Part shown: piece by piece, positions 1 through 13,488 of the stretch
Position numbering within the stretch: position 1 is the stretch's first letter
How the letters are laid out: each line of letters opens with the position of its first letter
From: Octopus sinensis
Taxonomy: Eukaryota
Length of the DNA: 64,000 bases
Direction: 5' to 3'
Assembly: GCF_006345805.1 (NCBI RefSeq)
Contig: NC_042997.1
Location: 36,270,001-36,334,000 of the forward strand
Notes under the pieces: generated by a model
The model's input: only the letters and a program-made list of their open reading frames with translations
Databases searched by the model: none
What the model was told of the DNA's origin: nothing
Translations under genes and position numbers: made by a program

Positions 1-87
1 CGTTATTGATTATCTCAATTACCGCATTATTTGTCTAGAGATAACATCTCTCATGGAATTGTAGTGTGAAAAGCACAATAATTGTCA

Positions 88-188
88 GAAAGAGAGAGAG
101 AGAGAGAGAAAGAGAGGGAGAGTGAAAGACAGAGAGAGCGCGGTGAGTAAAGAAAGAAAGAGAGAGAGAGGAGAGAGAGAGAGGGAGA
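88..188. repeat. (GA)n purine-rich microsatellite
   Basis: Seen directly. Confidence 0.9.
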
Positions 189-949
189 GACGAACATGTG
201 TTCAAGGACCAGCTAGTGACTGCGCCAGATGTATATTGTCATTTTGGGATCTTTTCAATCGGACGTAGTCGTGCGCAAGGGGGTCGCAAATCTGTATTCA
301 TTAGACTTCATTCTTATTGCCTAATTTCTAATTTTGTACAGAGAGTAGGACTAATTGATATGGAGCCGAATAATTATATCGACGTACTGAGGCAAATATA
401 ATGTAGTCAAATTTCGTATAAATATGCAGCCCAAAATAATCACCCTCTCAATTCCTATCACCGGACTCAGCTATCCTACAAAACGTAATAGGTGTTGATT
501 TTCCTCTTGAGAATAAGCCATGTTTCAGAAAAAGATGGCTTACGTTATTCATGTTTCACTTTCCAAATTTCGCCTCAGCACAGTTTTCTTGGATTTCTCA
601 CCAACAATCACATACAGCAAAACTCTTATCGGATGTCAAATACGCGGAATCAATATTTGTAAGACAAAATGTCTCGTGGTATTGAGCGACGACGGTAGGC
701 TGCGAATTTAAATCCCAACGAGTTAAACATTATCTTCTACTCTTCTGACTATTCATGAAGTAGTAGACGTCTATGGACAGGATCGATATGATTGATCAAC
801 TCAAAAATATATTATATTGTGTCTCGGTTCTAGAAATACTTGATCTTTCATAGTTTTTCCTTCACATGCTTTATGAAATTCTATAGAAAATTGGGGAGAT
901 GTACTTGCATAGCAAATGACCTGATCTGAGATCGTGTGGTGAAACGTAT

Positions 950-1400
<451 letters not shown>

Positions 1401-2149
1401 ATCTAGATGGTTAAACGTATATAAGTAATGTGTATACTTTAAGTTTGAGTGTTTATTCGTGTGTACATGATTTTGTGTGCTTCTACATATATATATGTAT
1501 GTACGTATATATTTGCATTTACGTATCTAAAACATTGTATCCATTCAACGTTTAACGGAGGTGAGACACTCACACACATTTCTATATATGCAACCTTCGA
1601 CAGTGTAACAATCATATATAGAGCTTGAACAGACACACATATGATACATAAACATGCCTTCACATGTACATACACACATACAAACACACGCAGACACGTC
1701 TATACACCTACCTAAATAGTCACATGCATACATGAGTACATGCGTACATACATGTATATATGCGTATATGCATGCAACCATGTATAAACATGTACATCTA
1801 TGCATACGCACATACTTACATGCACACATACATACATACGTACATATATACATACATCCATACTTACTAACTGTTACTTTCTCAGATGTCGCACGTAATT
1901 TTGTCAGTGAAAAAAAATAGTTGCGGTCTCAAAGCGACGAAAATATTTTGACAGATTAAATTTAACTTTTGAAGTGAATCTAACGGCTTGTGTGTGTTTA
2001 TAATTGCTTATAAATATCTTCCACGCTGCAATGTATACAAAATTGAAGAGTTGAAAACGAGAGGTATTTCTCTATATTCAACCATTTTTTCCTTTACTCT
2101 CTTTTTAGGAGATGTGTTGATTCCTTTTAAATATGTTATATCCGTACAA

Positions 2150-2334
2150 TGTTGGATTGTTTTGACGCCCACTTCCTTATATAGTATACTTAGTAAAACC
2201 AGTAAAGACACGACTATCTCTGACCACCTACTAAGTACTCTCGTACTTCACGTACTTCTTTTTATTTACAGTGACTAGGTTATTCCATTCATCACGTCGA
2301 AGGAGTGTACTATTATTATTATCTTCTCACAATA
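2150..2334 (-). repeat. 3' LTR of the Gypsy element
   Basis: Starts tgttggattg and ends caata (decayed caaca). Visibly diverged from the other LTR. Confidence 0.8.
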
Positions 2335-2350
2335 TTTCTCCTTTCTACTT
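2335..2350 (-). promoter_or_regulatory. Polypurine tract of the Gypsy element
   Basis: Minus strand reads AAGTAGAAAGGAGAAA immediately upstream of the 3' LTR. Confidence 0.65.
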
Positions 2351-2431
2351 ATTAGGAAGTGTCATTTTATATAACAATTTTTTTATTGACTCCCACCACA
2401 CATTATTTGTAGTTTTCTGTACTATGTAATA

Positions 2432-2810
2432 TTATTTTCGCTTGGCATCTGTTTTCAGGAAATCGGTATGTTTTCTTTTTATCTCACTTGTGCGACTGAG
2501 CTCGATCGCCTCCAGTGGCATGGGTATTTGGAACGTATCGTACAGCATTTGCATTGATCCCCCCATCTTCTTTGGTTCGCTAGACACTAATTGCTTTCTA
2601 ATGTCAGGCACTATCTTGTCTGGGATGCCAAATTTTTCAAACAATGCGTGTAAAGAATTTATCACAGTTGAGAAGGTTGTTTTTTTTTTACACACACAAA
2701 TTTGAGGCCATGGCGTGAAACTATCAACTACCACTAAGTATAAGAACCATTTAAAGGGTCATCGAAATGGATCTGTATTGTTGACCACGGAACTTCTACT
2801 TTTGAATAAA
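2432..2810 (-). pseudogene. Integrase core relic
   Basis: PWSTIQIHFDDPLNG, then VVDSFTPWPQI...STVINSLHALFEKFGIPDKIV, matching the rve D,D region. Confidence 0.8.
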
Positions 2811-2924
2811 GTTTAGTTTTTATCTGGGCAATTTTCCATTTGGTTTTGGTTTCCACTCTGTTTTATTGCATTTTTTTGTTTGTTTCAGACCCTCAGCCGC
2901 ATCCGATCATTCGACTGAACCAAC

Positions 2925-3270
2925 TATATTTCCACAAAAAACACTTATGGGCGTATTCCACAATTTGAATACATCCATTCAGTCTGTGCCAAATAGATTA
3001 AATAAATCTTTTAATACATATATTTCTGTCTTTTTCGTTTGACCTCGAAATGTTACGTTACATACAAATTCACCGAAAAAATATAATCACTTTCCCGCAA
3101 CATCATGTGCTACCTTTTTCGATTTAATTAATTTCAGCTTCCCGACATATTTCCGAATTTTCCCGCTTATAATGGTGATATCACTACCAGCGTCCCACTT
3201 GTATTTCTCATTTTCACCTTCACGAATTTCTTTATCGTTATAAGACCAATTTCTTCCGATGACATGCAAT
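2925..3270 (-). pseudogene. Retropepsin protease relic
   Basis: DAGSDITIIS (decayed DTGS) and a downstream NLFGTD-W motif. Confidence 0.75.
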
Positions 3271-3399
3271 CTATTCGTTTTCCATCGTTCTTACACTTTA
3301 TAATATTCGTTCTACAGTGTGTCTTTATATGTCCGATATAACTACAACGAAAGCACTCCGGTTTTTTTAAATGAACAATTTTTCTTCATGTGTATACCT

Positions 3400-4314
3400 C
3401 TACATGCAAAACATGAGTTTATTTTCTGATTTTCTTCGTGTTCTTTTAGAAAACATTTTATCTCTATTCTGACTATTTTGCACTTGCTTTACCTGGAATT
3501 AACCTTTACATTCAATTTCCTCCGTGTGATGTCTTAATTTAAATGTCCTTTCACATTCTTCTGACACTTTTTGTAGGGTTACACCCAGTTTCTTTTCCAG
3601 CATTTTGAGAATTCTTCTTCTAACTTCCCCGTCCGTTTCAGTAGTAAGTCCCTGGGTAAACATCAAGCATTTGAACATATCTAGCGCTAATTCGCCCAGC
3701 TTAAACTTCTCGCATTCCCTGTTTACTCTATCATTATATATGATGTAGTCCTCATCGTTTATATTACTCTATGTTCACAAATTTCCAACGTATGTTGAAC
3801 AATGAACTCTTTGCACTGAAAATGTTACATAATATATCTATTGTGGCATTAAAATTTATGTTTAGAGGTTTTCTTAGGAATACATGATCACAATGTCGTT
3901 CTTGTTCTGTTGCTGCCACATTTCTTTTGTGCATTTTTATCTCGTCGTCCCAATGTTTGCCTTTTTTCTTGAAAATTTACTCATATCTTCTGTAGTATAC
4001 TTCAAAGATAAAGAGCTTCATCAGGTTCGTATTCGAACTCTGTTATGGAGTTCGTGACATGTTGGTGAGATCACATTTTCTGACCTTCCTGACGACTTTA
4101 GAAATTGCAGCATTTGTTGCTGTAATATTATTTGTTGCTTTTCTTCTTTCAGTTGTTGTTCTTGTTTCAGCTGTTGCTCTTGCAGTTGCAGGGCGGCTTC
4201 TATTGTTGTTCTTTCAGTTGTTGCTGTTTTTGCAACTTGAGCAAACACATTTTCCATAATTTTACGATTTCGTATGAGTTTATTAACTCCTTTTCGAGTT
4301 TCTATTAACTCCAA
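3400..4314 (-). pseudogene. Gypsy gag relic with stops and frameshifts
   Basis: Gln-rich N-terminus (LQLQEQQLKQEQQ), then SSLFNIRWK and KCLMFTQGL-type segments typical of K02A2.6-like gag. Confidence 0.7.
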
Positions 4315-4382
4315 GTGAACTGGTTTATCCTCGTCGGGTTTATTACTTCCTCGTAAGATTCTTAAATCCTTATCACTTAATA

Positions 4383-4545
4383 TGTTGGATTGTTATAACT
4401 TCCAATTCTGTATAAGTATATTTAGTAAAACCAGCAAAGACAGCTAGTACGTAATCTCGTGTTTCACGTACTTTTCTTTACTTATAGTGACTATGCTATT
4501 CCACTCATCACATAGGTGTACCATTATTAATAATTCCTTACAACA
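4383..4545 (-). repeat. 5' LTR of the Gypsy element
   Basis: Starts tgttggattg and ends caaca on the + strand. Shares tagtaaaaccagYaaagaca, cacgtactt and agtgacta blocks with 2150-2334. Confidence 0.8.
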
Positions 4546-5257
4546 AAATATATGCTCAGCAATCGGTAATGTTTCCTAATGGAGTGTTAAATATGCCATT
4601 TTTACATTGAAATGTTATATTACATTCTTTATCAGAAATACTCTTATTTGTTTGTGTGCTTAAACCTTACGTAGATTTGCAGATATTTTTAATTGTGTTA
4701 TTTTGATAATAACTGAATTTGTGGTTATGTATAAAAGAAGGCATGTCCAAATTTCTTTTATTTTGTATTCTGCTTGTTTTCTTGGAGACATAACCATTCT
4801 GTAACAACCTTACATTTCTTTTTTTTTATTTCATGTAATATTCCTTTTCGAAGTTTGTTACTCTTTTATGTAAAACTACGTCATAACGGAATTTCACAAG
4901 TGTACGGTCAACTAATGTAGTATAAATATATGTACATAGGTACGCACATTTATAATGTCAGTCGCATTAGATTAATGTAACGGATTGTAATAAAAATACT
5001 TAATATGAACAATATATTAGTAATATTATTGTTATAACGTTTATTTTATTTTTATGGTTATTTTCGGTGATTAAAATATATCTAACATTCTAATGATAAA
5101 TTGCATTTTATGATATATTAAACAATAATGACATAATTGTTTATTGATTCAGTAAATGTTTGTCTGTAACGGGTCGAGTTATGTATCTATGCCTACATAC
5201 ATACATAGATACATACATACACACACCTATATATGTATGTACTTATATATATATATA

Positions 5258-5570
5258 TAATGATAAACAACAGAGTCCATTTGCGGCTAAATTAGCCAAA
5301 AAACGAGTAAAGCTAACTATTACGGCCATCTGACAAACCAGTGTAAAAAAGTAAAACAATGAGTGATGATTATATTATCTGGTTAACGAGAAGTTCATAA
5401 AATACAGTTTTGCTTCCGTTATTTAACTTGTAATTTCTGAAATATGATATATCAAACAGTTTTATCATTATTAGAAGTTATCTAAAAAAAATACATTTAA
5501 TAGATACCCTTAAATCTACAATACAAAAATCCAATTAGATGCTTACATGAAACACACAGCTTGGAAATAT
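5258..5570 (-). mobile_element. Short interspersed repeat relic abutting a (TA)n run, possibly Penelope-like; family unassigned
   Basis: Non-simple sequence ending in a pyrimidine-rich tail plus (TA)n on the minus strand. The family call rests on recall only. Confidence 0.25.
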
Positions 5571-5836
5571 GATACTCAAAGAAGAAAGATGAGGAATTTG
5601 TATACAATAATTGTAATAAGAACGAAGAGAATAAAATCTCACCAGTGTGTGAGAAATATATTATCCCTAATTCATAAACGTGCTTTCATAACACTTTCTC
5701 AAATATAAAAACATGTATATGGTGACTTCTAAGTCGATCAACCGATTGGTGTATATGGAAGAAAAAATCTTTGAGAAAAAGAAATATTTATGCGAATGAT
5801 TAAATAAAAAAAAGATAGCATACTGATAGAATTCGA

Positions 5837-6961
5837 TACGTGGTCTGATCAACAAATATCCGTGCTGTTGCCATAGTAACGAAGAAAAAAGTACGGAGAG
5901 TAAAGCCGCTCTGCACAGATTTACCTTGAACACTGATGTGCATGTGCATTAAGTCTTAACTTTGTAGCTCAATTCTGTTATGTGGAACAGGGCATGGAAG
6001 GAAGGTGTTTAGCGCGTGATCATCACATTGAACATGACGGATAGCGTTGACCAGAGAATCTGCATCATATTTTGCCAACGTTTGGCGATACCCGCTCAGA
6101 GGCCTATACAAAGTCTTCAAACAGTTTCATCGTCACTAACACGATGAAGGATTTCTTGTGTAACTGAAACCCGAGTGTCTTTTTGCTAAGCTGAAAGCAA
6201 TTTTGGAACAAACTTGGCAGACACGCGTGTCATACCCAAATTTCCAGTGATAATGGACTGAACTGAACGGTAACTAATCTTCGCATCCTCTGAAAACTCA
6301 TGATGGTGATTCGACGTTTACCCCTCACAGCTGTACGCACGTCTGCGATATTGTTATCAGTTCTACTGGTTGTGTGTCAATATCAGCAATTTGTCTGCGA
6401 TCTTAGAAACATCCAAAATACTCGTGCACCTGCCATGTGGCTCATAAACTCCCCTCCATACACTTTCTTCGACTTTGCATTGGTCTCTGTGCAGATATGG
6501 CCATGACATCTTTCTCCGTCATGGTCAATGCGACGATCATACGTTACACACCTCCACTAGAAGCACTGCTGTAAACAACGGAGATGAGCTAGTACGTCAA
6601 AATTTAGTGCGCATGCGGCGAGCTAGCAGAAACGTTAGCACGCCGGGCGAAATGCTTAGCGGCATTTCGTCTGCCGCTACGTTTTGAGTTCAAATTCCGC
6701 CGAGGTCAACTTTGCCTTTCATCCTTTCGGGGTCGATAAATCAAGTACCTGGTACGCACTGGGATTGGTGTATTCGATTTAATCCGTCTGTCTGTCCCTG
6801 TTTGTCTCCTCTATGTTTAGCCCCTTGTGGGCAATAAAAAAAAAATTTAGTGCGCATGCGCAGCAGAGTTCAAGGTCAATCTTTGCCGAGCGGCTTTACT
6901 CTGCATGCTTCAGCGTCGTTACTATAGCAACAGTACCGATACCTATTGATCAGACGTCGTT
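5837..6961 (+). mobile_element. Internally deleted Tc1/mariner element with ~120-bp TIRs
   Basis: Left end TA-cgtggtctgatcaa, right end ttgatcagacgtcg. 5839-5955 is an imperfect inverted repeat of 6843-6959. A transposase N-terminal relic MTDSVDQRICIIFCQRL starts at 6034, and PPYTFFDFA resembles a decayed PPYSPDLA. Confidence 0.8.
6618..6841 (+). mobile_element. tRNA-derived SINE, family B, with 19-bp TSD
   Basis: A-box-like and GAGTTCAAATTCC B-box. aaaatttagtgcgcatgcg is duplicated at 6599-6617 and 6842-6860. Confidence 0.9.
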
Positions 6962-7380
6962 TAAACACAAATATAGACATATATCCGAGAATGCATACGC
7001 AAAGACATATACACATATTTGCTAATAAAAGTGCAATTTGTAATACGTGTGTATTATAGATAAAAATAGAAAATCATGGTTTGTATAGTAACAAACACAA
7101 GGCGATGTTTAAACGAAAATGATTTGATATTGTTTTAACAGACTAATAAAATGATATTGTGAGATAACGCAATGCATATCCTGTCACACTTACAATAACT
7201 CATAATATATCGATATATGTTGTCCACTGATTATCTATCATTCATATTTACTCTCGGTTAATCATATTTTAATTTTGGCCAAGAAATATTCTTTCAAACT
7301 TTTACAGTAGTCAGAATAACTTAATAGAGTTGCATTAAAAATATGTACGTGTGTATGTATGAATGTATGTATGTATTTAT

Positions 7381-7471
<91 letters not shown>

Positions 7472-8500
7472 TTTGTATATACGAATATAAAAATAAATAG
7501 ATTGATTTGTATGTGTACATATGTAGACAGATATGTCTACATATTAAAACTTGTTGTGTCAAAGTATTCATAACGTTTACTTAGCATTAAAGTGAACGAT
7601 TCCTTAATACCTATTGACTTTCTCTTCTAAAACTGTTTAGAATGATATCTAGATATCTAGACAGAGATGAATATACATATGAATGTATTCATGCACGCTA
7701 GAATTTTTGAGGTGTTAGTTTTGCAGAAGCGAGATCGACTGTTCGATCTTATTCGGTTACATCTTTAAATTTTACGATTGACTCACAACAATTCAGACAT
7801 TTTAAGCGAAAATGAGTTCGCGGAAACTGGTTGGAGTTTCAATGCGTGGTCTTCAGTAATATTTGAAGATAGTTTGGAGGTAATACGTGAAGCTATGTCA
7901 TAATATATGATACACATTTTCCTTGTAATATAAATCAGATTATACCACTATGATATTTAGAAACTAGCACAAAAATAAATATTCCCAATGAAGTTTATCA
8001 CATTTGGGTGTTAGTGAGTTTGCCTCTACATACTTAGTCTATGAATAGCCACATATTTATGCAAGTGTGTGTATGTCTTTGTGTGTATGTGTGTGTGTGT
8101 GTGTGGAATTCCGTATATGTATGCAAATTTCTGAAGCCATAACGGATGTGAATTTTCAATTAAAATAGCATAAAACGTGAATAATATATAAAATTATTAT
8201 TCACATGCCTGTTTAATTATGCAGACAATGATTTATTACACAGTTACCACAATACACCTCCTCCCAGTGGAATTTTTCTCTACATCATATGGAAAGTTTG
8301 ATATAAAAATCGATAAATATTCATAAATTAAACTTGAATAATGTAACACCTTCATGTACTCATAGTATATATGTGAAAACACCGTATACTCATATATATG
8401 TGAAAAAAATATGTGTGTTTGAGATGTTTTATATTTTATTCTGTAAATAGCTTCTGCATGACCTATTTGATATTTAGCTTTGACGAAATTTAGCTATGAA

Positions 8501-8880
8501 TCTCTCTCTATATAAACGGCAGTTTGTCTGTCTGCGTGTCTGTGTGTCTGTTAGGTTGTACCCTCACCCTGACCACGGCTTTCAACCGATTCTGATGAAA
8601 TTTAACGCACACATAGCCCAATGTCATAATTCAAAACTAACGCAGCGAAAATTTTGAAAAGTTCCCCCAGTTCTGAAAAGAATCGATAAATTCGACATGG
8701 GGTCGAGAATCAGAAACACAAACCACAGATTGTCATGGGGACGCAACTCGACCTTTTTAACTCTCAAAAAATTTACCATAATTTTTTTTCCATTTTTTTG
8801 CTATTTTTTGGCTATAACTCTCTAAAAATGCTTTATAGTTATTTCCCTTACTATAAAGCAACGCCTGGCGATACTGCTAG
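8501..8880 (+). mobile_element. Non-autonomous Helitron (380 bp)
   Basis: A|TC start (tctctctctatataaa), internal gtctgtctg microsatellite, small 3' hairpin cgcctggcg, and CTAG|T end. Confidence 0.8.
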
Positions 8881-9853
8881 TTCTTTATAAATGCTCTGTA
8901 AATAGAGTAGATGCGAGAGCCACTCATATTAAAAAAGAGTAGTGTTGAAATGTTTCCATGGAGACCTCAATAAAATGTAAGCTCAACAGATCTGATATAA
9001 TGATTTAGGATTGAGAAGAGAAACTGTGCACAGTTGTGGAAATTAGCTGCTAAATACTCCACTTACGGATTAGCTTTATTAATGGTGAAACCAGATCTAC
9101 ATTTGGGTAAATGCTCCTACTGCTATGGATATATAATGATCTGTCTATATATTATTGTGTTGCTAAGTGAGCACGCGGATATATGTTATCAATCACAGTG
9201 TATATCTTTCTTCATGGTTGACTGCCCTCGTTTTCATATTTCACTTGTCAAGCCCAGCACACTTTAGAAAATACAACCCCAAGGCATTTGGAATCTGAAT
9301 TAATCCTGATTCTGCAAACTATTTTTATACACATATCTTTAATACATTTCTCATTTATTTTATATTATTAAAAATTCTTCTCTTTCCGTTAAGAGAATTT
9401 TGTGGCTTACATTACTTAAGTGCGATCTTTCAATGCACGCATTTAAATTAATACTAAATGACATTCTTATTTCAGTTTCTCTACATTACTGTTCTTAATT
9501 CTTTCATAATATTATCGCATATAATTTACTTGACTTCTCTTTGTTTATATTCATTTAAATTTTCCTTTTTTTTTTTAGTTAAAGTGTTGTGAATCACATG
9601 CATTTTGCCCTACTTCTAGAAATATCTTGAAGTTTGCATTTTTGTTTTTATGTTATTTTGTTTTCTTTTATTGCATTTGTTACTTTTATTTCATGTTATG
9701 CTTCTTTGTATTCTCTTCACTTCCTTTTGCGCTATATAGTCGGATCTCTTCCATACTTAACTATTTGAAGTATCTTTAATTCATCTGATAATTTAATTTG
9801 AAATTATCGCTATAGAATTTAAAGGTCATATATCTGTGTGTGAGTGTGTGTGA

Positions 9854-9900
<47 letters not shown>

Positions 9901-11914
9901 TGTGTATTACTAGGCATGTATATCTATGTACGTACTAAAGTGTGTATGAATGTATCATTAAGCAGCCAACTAGAGAGAAGTCTTTGTTCGTACACATATA
10001 CAAACGATCAGCCGATGTAGACAAGTGGAAAAAAATCAATTCTTCAACAGAGTAGCATCATTTAACTTAGGCAGATTTTATAATTGACAATAGTGCATGT
10101 TTCCCTTTTTTTCTTCTATTTTATGTTCCTTTTTTTTACTGTTTTATAGATGTTATTTTCCCCTACCATTAATGAGTTAAAACTCAATTCAGAATTCTTC
10201 TGATTAAGGTGCACTGCTCTAATTAATGATCTACTTTATATAGCGATAGCAAATTATAGGTTTTATGCTGAATGATAAAGATTCTAGAGAAGTAAAACTG
10301 AATCCAATTTCTAGATTTTCAATATTTACATATACTGAGGATAATTATTTTAAAATTATGGTAAATTGGTTATAATATCATTAATATTTGCCTAGGCACA
10401 CAGTAAATTGTTTTACGTCTTCTGATGCTGGTAACCGATAAAAAAATTACGAACATTATGAAGTTTGTTAAAATTGTGCTGGTGTTATGCACAGGGAGGG
10501 CGGGAACGTAAATATCTTTATGTATAGACATCGATGGAAACGTTATATGATTAAATTATAAAACAACATTTATCAATTATGATCATTTGTTTGTGTTAAT
10601 CATTGGATTATTGGACCTATATTGAAGAATTTACTTAATAATGTTATGAGTTGTATTACTATTCTTTTGCATTTGTTTTATATTATTTGGTTAGTTATAT
10701 TTCTTTAACACAAGCAATAATGGTGATGACGTAAATGAGCGAGTCTTCTTGAGAAGTATTCAACCCACATTTGTTTACTCTCCATGTCATACATTAAGAA
10801 AAATTCTGTGATATGATGGGAAATTAGGCGATAGGGAATCGACGAATCGCTGATTGTCTCAAGTGAGGAGACAATATGAGCTTCAATTAATGCAGAAAAC
10901 AAGGATTAGGATCAACTAAAATATATGAAAATTTACTGTAATATTGTGCAATTTAAGCTATAATACTTTCTAGGGTTTTTAATATTTTATTGTTCACTGT
11001 AATCAACAATATAACGCAAGTAGTGACATCATGCAACATTGAGTCTCTACCCCAGCTTCCTTTATCACTGGTAGTAGTTTTAGGTCCAGTACGCAGTTAT
11101 TATTTAGCATTTTGCTACCAAATACATATACAATTACTATGAGTATCATACGTTATAATTCTAAAAAATATATAGTAAGCATTTTTTGGCTACATACGAT
11201 ATTCCTGTCGCCTTTCATCGAATATTCAGTGATAAGCTATTGCATTGACCTATGTTATATCTCTGCAATTAACTGGCAGCATTAATACTTTTTTATAGGC
11301 AGGAATTTCCAAAAATCCCTTTATTGCTTCTTGTAAATTACAGCTTAATTAAATGAACATTCTTATATGTTCGATGCAGTTCTATCTATTACATTCTGGG
11401 TATTTGCCTTAGCTCATATATATTTGGTGCAAAATGTAAAATCGAGACGTTATTTATATAATTTTATATCGTACGTTTTCAGCAAAAATGCCATTGGTTA
11501 CACATTTCCAGTGGAACGTTGTTAGGTTCACTATATTTACTAAGACTGCTGATAATGACAAGGTCACGATTCGAATTTCAGGAAAAAGAAAATCCAGAGG
11601 TTATATTTGTTTGAAAGCACAGGTTTATACATTTTTTTGCCGTTGTTTACATATTTCTTCGATAAGTATTAATATGATCATTACACATACACCCTTACAC
11701 ACATACATGCCCACAAGCGAGATTGTATACAAAAACACATGGACACATATACAAAACATTCCAAGAATGAAAATATTCTACATGCATAATCTTGATTGTA
11801 TTTAGAGCTGGAGTTGAAGCAGGGCAAAAACCTTGTTGATTCTTAAGTTTCAAATGAAGATATCCCAAGTGAATAGTCGTGTAAGGGAGCATGGTGGAAA
11901 AGCAGACACACACA

Positions 11915-11948
11915 CAGACGTATATATATATATATACATGTATACACG

Positions 11949-12018
<70 letters not shown>

Positions 12019-12029
12019 GTATATATAAT
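11915..12029. repeat. (TA)n array 5' of the LINE
   Basis: Seen directly. Confidence 0.95.
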
Positions 12030-13262
12030 ATGCTGAACCCCAACCAGCATGGATTCCGTAATGGGAGAGATTGCCTGACGCAGCTACTGCATCATTTTGA
12101 TGACATTTTGAGAGCCTTGGGAGAAGGTTCCAACACTGATGTCATCTACCTTGATTTTAGCAAGGCCTTTGACAGGGTTGATCATAAGATCCTTCTGAGA
12201 AAGCTGTCCAATATTGGTGTCACTGGAAAGCTGCTGCAGTGGATCAAGTGCTTCCTGTCTAACAGAAGCCAACATGTTGTAGTCGAAGGAGTCAAATCCA
12301 GCCCAGCCAAAGTCAGCAGTGGTGTCCCACAAGGCACTGTGTTGGGCCCACTTCTCTTCATCATCTACATAAATGATATTACTGACACCATCAAACACAG
12401 TAACATCAGAACCTTCGCTGATGATTCCAAGCTCCAGAAGGTCATCAATGGTGTGGATGACCGAATAAACCTTCAGTTAGACCTACTGGCTGTTGTCCAA
12501 TGGGCGGAAAATAATAACATGTTGCTAAATGAAGACAAATTCGAACTGATCCACTTTGGAAGGGAGGACGCTCTGAAACTCCCATACTCTCTTCCTTCTG
12601 GAGAAATTCTCATGGCATCCAACAACATCAGAGACTTGGGAGTAACAGTGGACAACAACATAAGCTGGGCTACACATATAAGCAGCAAAGTTGACATGGC
12701 CCGCAGAATGTGTTCCTGGATTCTCAGAACCTTCCAGTCGAGAGATTCCCACGCTATTATCCTTCTCTTCTCCACTTTTGCCCGACCCCACCTTGAATAC
12801 TGCTGTCCACTGTGGTCTCCCTACACAAAACAAAATATTATGAGAATTGAAGCTCCCCAAAGGTCAATCACAAAAAAGATAGATGGCATGTCAGACCTTG
12901 ACTACTGGGGTAGACTAGAGAAGCTGAAATTGTATTCACTCCAACGACGCCGTGAACGCTACATTATCTGTATGATGTGGAAAATATTCCATCAGCACTG
13001 TCCGAATGATGTTGGCATCACCTTCAAAATACATCCAAGGCTTGGACCACGTGCCATCCGTCCACAACAAAAATCTAAATCGCATCACATAACGACAATA
13101 CGGCACAACTATTTCACCTCAATTGGACCCGCTCTCTTCAACATTACACCAGGACACGTCAAAAAAGAAACTGACCACACAAAATTCAAGAAGTCTTTGG
13201 ACAAATTCCTTCAAACAGTACCGGACAAACCACCCACACCCGGATGTCTCCGCAAACAATAA
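12030..13262 (+). CDS. LINE reverse transcriptase, C-terminal part of ORF2; no endonuclease
   Basis: QHGFR, YLDFSKAFDRV, GVPQGTVLGPLLF, FADD, RPHLEYC and SLQRRRERY motifs over 410 open codons. A likely small frameshift near 13244 continues as VSANNNSLLEWALVPKS to a stop at 13299. Confidence 0.92.
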   Translation: MLNPNQHGFRNGRDCLTQLLHHFDDILRALGEGSNTDVIYLDFSKAFDRVDHKILLRKLSNIGVTGKLLQWIKCFLSNRSQHVVVEGVKSSPAKVSSGVPQGTVLGPLLFIIYINDITDTIKHSNIRTFADDSKLQKVINGVDDRINLQLDLLAVVQWAENNNMLLNEDKFELIHFGREDALKLPYSLPSGEILMASNNIRDLGVTVDNNISWATHISSKVDMARRMCSWILRTFQSRDSHAIILLFSTFARPHLEYCCPLWSPYTKQNIMRIEAPQRSITKKIDGMSDLDYWGRLEKLKLYSLQRRRERYIICMMWKIFHQHCPNDVGITFKIHPRLGPRAIRPQQKSKSHHITTIRHNYFTSIGPALFNITPGHVKKETDHTKFKKSLDKFLQTVPDKPPTPGCLRKQ

Positions 13263-13385
13263 CTCTCTGCTCGAATGGGCCTTGGTGCCCAAATCCTGAA
13301 CTGAAAGACTTCGCCAGGTGGTGCTATTAAGTTAGACATGGCCTGGGCCAATACTGACCAACACCTTTCTAAATTATTCTAAGTT

Positions 13386-13390
<5 letters not shown>
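12030..13390 (+). mobile_element. 5'-truncated CR1/L2-superfamily LINE inside a (TA)n array
   Basis: RT ORF followed by a short 3' UTR ending in a short-repeat tail (ctaaattattctaagttattct). Flanked on both sides by (TA)n. Confidence 0.93.
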
Positions 13391-13462
<72 letters not shown>

Positions 13463-13488
13463 CATACATATATATATATATATATATA
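13391..13488. repeat. (TA)n array between two LINE 3' ends
   Basis: Seen directly. Confidence 0.95.

Larger units (their letters stand above)
2150..4545 (-). mobile_element. Decayed, internally deleted Ty3/Gypsy (K02A2.6-like) LTR retrotransposon
   Basis: Two homologous ~170-bp direct repeats (2150-2334, 4383-4545) with TGTTG...CAACA-type ends. Gag, protease and integrase-core relics lie between them on the minus strand, and a purine tract abuts the 3' LTR. Confidence 0.85.

Noticed and set aside
4362-4382. Primer-binding site of the Gypsy element
   Set aside because: The position is right, but the sequence is too decayed to assign a tRNA.
4560-4900. Possible Penelope coding relic beside the LTR
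   Set aside because: No diagnostic RT or GIY-YIG motif could be read.
12030-12032. ATG as a genuine start codon
   Set aside because: It is created at the junction between the TA array and a 5'-truncated element.
12084-12860. Antisense ORFs of 60-111 aa and a CTGATGA at about 12418
   Set aside because: Shadow frames and the FADD codons of the LINE RT.
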